Positions 24,953 through 27,079 of a DNA stretch of 27,079 bases are shown piece after piece. Made by a program: the position numbers and the translations under genes. The DNA comes from Clostridiales bacterium UBA1728 (lineage in GTDB: Bacteria > Bacillota > Clostridia > Oscillospirales > Oscillospiraceae). Each line of letters opens with the position of its first letter. Position 1 is the first letter of the stretch. The notes under the pieces were generated by a model that did no database searches, was not told where the DNA came from, and worked only from the letters and a program-made list of their open reading frames with translations. The DNA lies in NCBI GenBank assembly GCA_002315975.1, contig DCIK01000021.1:1-27079 (forward strand), given 5' to 3'.

Positions 24953-25028
24953 GGGATCGTAGCTCAGCTGGGAGAGCGTTCGGTTCGCATCCGAGAGGTC
25001 GAGGGTTCGAATCCCTTCGGTTCCACCA
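24953..25028 (+). tRNA. tRNA-Ala (anticodon CGC), CCA encoded
   Basis: Hand-folded cloverleaf: acceptor GGGATCG/CGGTTCC with the G3:U70 alanine identity pair, D arm GCTC/GAGC, anticodon loop TTCGCAT, T arm GAGGG-TTCGAAT-CCCTT, 3' ACCA. Confidence 0.9.
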
Positions 25029-25034
25029 TAACTG

Positions 25035-25078
25035 TTGCAGTGATTGATACAATAATCGGTCACTGCAATCGTTTTTTT
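25035..25078 (+). terminator. rho-independent terminator after tRNA-Ala
   Basis: TTGCAGTGA / TCACTGCAA 9-bp stem followed by TCGTTTTTTT. Confidence 0.7.
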
Positions 25079-25778
25079 ATGCCTGAAAAGCTTTGGTGCA
25101 AGAGGCTTTTTCAGAGCAGAAGGTGCAAATGGCTGTCCGCAGCGGTGCAGATGCCCGTTCTCAGATGCTCAAAATGCTCTTTTCTGCCGGAAACTGTAAA
25201 AGCTATCGTTTCAAAACGGAGTAATCATGTAAAATTTCAACTGCCCGGAGGTGTGACCACATCGGTCTGCTCCGGGCGGTTTGTTTTGCAGATTTTCACC
25301 GAATTTACGGAGTGCAAGCTACATATTGCTATGCAGAGGGCAATTGCTTACCTTTCTTGTCTTTTTTTCATGTCTGCCTTGTTTGAGTTTTATGTGCTAT
25401 ACAAGGAAAAGCACAAGCGAAAAGAGTCCAGTTGCAATGAAAAATTTCACCTCGGGGGTTAATCCAAGGGTTACTAAATTTGCAAGACCGCTGAAAGCGG
25501 TGTGAGCCGCCTACAGCAGTCCTTTTGTTGCCTCCAGAACGTTTGTCATAAGCATCCAATGTTGTTACTCCCACTGATGTGGTGGCTACATCATTTCTGT
25601 GTAGCTCTTACGGTCACCCGCAAGTTCAGACTGTGCCTTCATCCCCGGAGGGATGCTCCGTGTCCAGTCGTTACACCTTCCCGTTTATGGGCTTGGCTCG
25701 GCGTTTTCTGCAAAGCCAGTTTATCACAGTTCTTCGGCTATTTCTACACCATTTTTGAAGCTGAATACGATTCGGTCA

Positions 25779-26348
25779 TCATACCACATCGTCAAAGGTG
25801 AGAGCGGAGGTGGAAACGCCCGTCTGCGCTCCGAGGGTATTATGGAGGATTCCTGTCGGCTCGTCCGTACCGGTGCCGGTGACGAATGCCTTGTCCTCCG
25901 CTCCGGCGAAGGCTCTGGCAAAACGCTTGATGACATAGTCCTTGATGTCGAAATTCGCATCGGAGACGAACTCGCAGGGCAGACGGAAGATAGCGGACAG
26001 CTTGTACCGATCGACACCGATGGGCGTGAAATCGTCCTTGATGTCCGTGACGGAGATAGCGCCGCCCTCGGGGACGAACTCCGCAATATCATTGCTGTCG
26101 GCGGCAAATATACGAGTTGCCGTTCCGTAGCTCTTGTGGACGGATGCGAGCTTGCGGAATACGCTCTCCTTGCTCAATGCCTTGTCATAGGCGGCATCTG
26201 CCTCGTTGGACAGATAGTAGGTGCTGCCGCCGACAAGACGGCACTTCTCAAGGGTGGCAGAGCTGTTTTTCCTGCCGCGGAGATGGTCGCAGAGTTCACG
26301 GTCATATTCGGGCAGACCGCAGGCCCAGAAGTTTTCGATAGCGTTCAT
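25779..26348 (-). pseudogene. HK97-family phage major capsid protein, 3'-truncated fragment
   Basis: 189-aa ORF with a strong RBS (AGGAGG). Phage_capsid-like blocks: SVFRKLASV, AEFVPEGG, YKLSAIFRLPCEFVSD, AEDKAFVTGTGTDEPTGIL. It stops right after LTFDDVV, where about 120-150 more residues are expected, and no continuation is seen in any frame. Confidence 0.6.
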
Positions 26349-26363
26349 AGTGATTTCCTCCTA

Positions 26364-26612
26364 TCAGGTCTTTTCGCAGACGGGGCACTTGTACAGTCCC
26401 AGAACATGGGAACTGCGGCATCTGCCGATCTGCTTCATGATGTGCGTCTTGCACTGGGGGCAGTAGATGTCGTACTTGAGAGCATCCTCGATGGTGTGGG
26501 GCTCATACGCATGGAGACGGTAGACGGTGTGATACTTGCTGTAGTCCGATGCCTTCCGGGGATACATCTCGCTCTTTGTGCCGGGAGCGATACCGATTGC
26601 TCTGAATTTCAT
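26364..26612 (-). CDS. small phage-associated Zn-ribbon protein
   Basis: 82 aa from ATG 26612 (GAGGAGG RBS 8 nt upstream). CPQC...CPVC pair. The longer 179-aa ORF extension lacks an RBS and overlaps the terS fragment. Confidence 0.5.
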   Translation of the reverse strand: MKFRAIGIAPGTKSEMYPRKASDYSKYHTVYRLHAYEPHTIEDALKYDIYCPQCKTHIMKQIGRCRSSHVLGLYKCPVCEKT

Positions 26613-26676
26613 AGTGCTTTCCTCCTCGTTGCATTTCGTTTGTTTGTAGGACAAGAGGACAATCGGGACAACCCGT

Positions 26677-26778
26677 TCTGCCGCCGGGATTGCCGGATGC
26701 CACTTTTTCCGTGATTGCTTTCGGTTTTCTACCGGAACCGGGGCGAGAACCGCCTCGGCTTGTTCCGTCTTTAGCCAT
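26677..26778 (-). pseudogene. phage terminase small subunit (P27 family) N-terminal fragment
   Basis: MAKDGTSRGGSRPGSGRKPKAITEKVASGNPGGR resembles the conserved P27-type terS N-terminus (GRPPKP...GNPG). The remainder of ORF 26503-26778 is unrelated and overlaps the Zn-ribbon gene. Confidence 0.4.
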
Positions 26779-26924
26779 AAGGCACTTCCTTTCATTTGAT
26801 TTTTTGATTTTTTCGCGTCTGATTTCGCTTGAAGTTTGTATGAAGCCCCGCGTCGGTTCGTAGGAAAAAGACCCACAGAGATAAATAGGCCCCCATGGGT
26901 CACAGCGGTCGATTAACGCTTGCT

Positions 26925-27079
26925 TTATCTGTCACCGAGCGCGATATGCCTCTTGTTATGACAGGAGCGGCAGAGAGACCGCAGATTACTTTCGTCATGC
27001 GTCCCGCCACGGGACAGCGGAAGTATGTGATGCACCTCCGCCGCAGTGGTAAGAATTCCGAAGTATTTGTAATTCTCTT
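26925..27079 (-). CDS. phage HNH endonuclease, 5'-partial at window edge
   Basis: Not in the ORF track. My translation of the minus strand gives ...ENYKYFGILTTAAEVHHILPLSRGGTHDESNLRSLCRSCHNKRHIALGDR*, with the stop at 26925-27. This is the classic HNH motif found next to terS in cos/HNH phages. Confidence 0.7.
   Translation of the reverse strand, partial: ENYKYFGILTTAAEVHHILPLSRGGTHDESNLRSLCRSCHNKRHIALGDR

Noticed and set aside
25040-25574. ORFs 25040-25462 (+), 25281-25505 (+) and 25368-25574 (-)
   Set aside because: They have no RBS, odd Cys/Phe/Leu-rich composition, and overlap each other and terminator-like hairpins. Most likely non-coding decayed DNA.
25500-25780. Possible group II intron, retron or other large structured RNA on the minus strand downstream of the capsid fragment
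   Set aside because: I could not recognise any diagnostic motif (no GUGYG 5' end, no domain V-like hairpin, no retron a1/a2 repeats), only generic short hairpins. It is left as an unexplained non-coding region in the findings.
25890-25905. Possible self-target of spacer 3 in the capsid fragment
   Set aside because: The match is only a 9-nt run (GCTCCGGCG), which is compatible with chance in GC-rich DNA.
26364-26903. 179-aa version of the Zn-ribbon ORF
   Set aside because: The N-terminal 97 codons lack an RBS, overlap the terS fragment and its upstream region, and look like read-through. The internal ATG at 26612 has a strong GAGGAGG RBS.

Overview
High-GC chromosomal segment that looks Clostridia/Oscillospiraceae-like (taxon is inference), mostly housekeeping genes: rplU-rpmA-obg, prfA plus a TsaC-CoaE fusion, rpsU, class 3 FBPase, glnS, an M18 aminopeptidase, a TrxR-like flavoprotein, two URO-D-family paralogs with a PucR regulator, a DNPH1-like/MATE/EamA operon, an SBP lipoprotein and tRNA-Ala(CGC). 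The main find is a ~2.3 kb islet (about 8643-10907) that is more AT-rich by eye and bracketed by a 12/13-nt direct repeat. It carries one 563-aa TnpB-like RuvC nuclease with its own near-consensus promoter. Downstream lie a ~200-nt structured non-coding region ending in a 23-nt anti-repeat, then a 4-repeat/3-spacer CRISPR mini-array. No cas1/cas2/cas4 is present, so this reads as a stand-alone miniature type V-like (Cas12f/TnpB-intermediate) system. Beyond tRNA-Ala lies a decayed phage packaging/head remnant (HNH, terS fragment, Zn-ribbon ORF, truncated HK97 capsid). Next to it is a 750-bp non-coding stretch that echoes pieces of the CRISPR repeat and anti-repeat. Most intergenic regions hold families of modular GC-rich hairpin repeats, including two ~108-bp MITE-like copies. 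Many long ORFs in the track are antisense shadow ORFs and were rejected.
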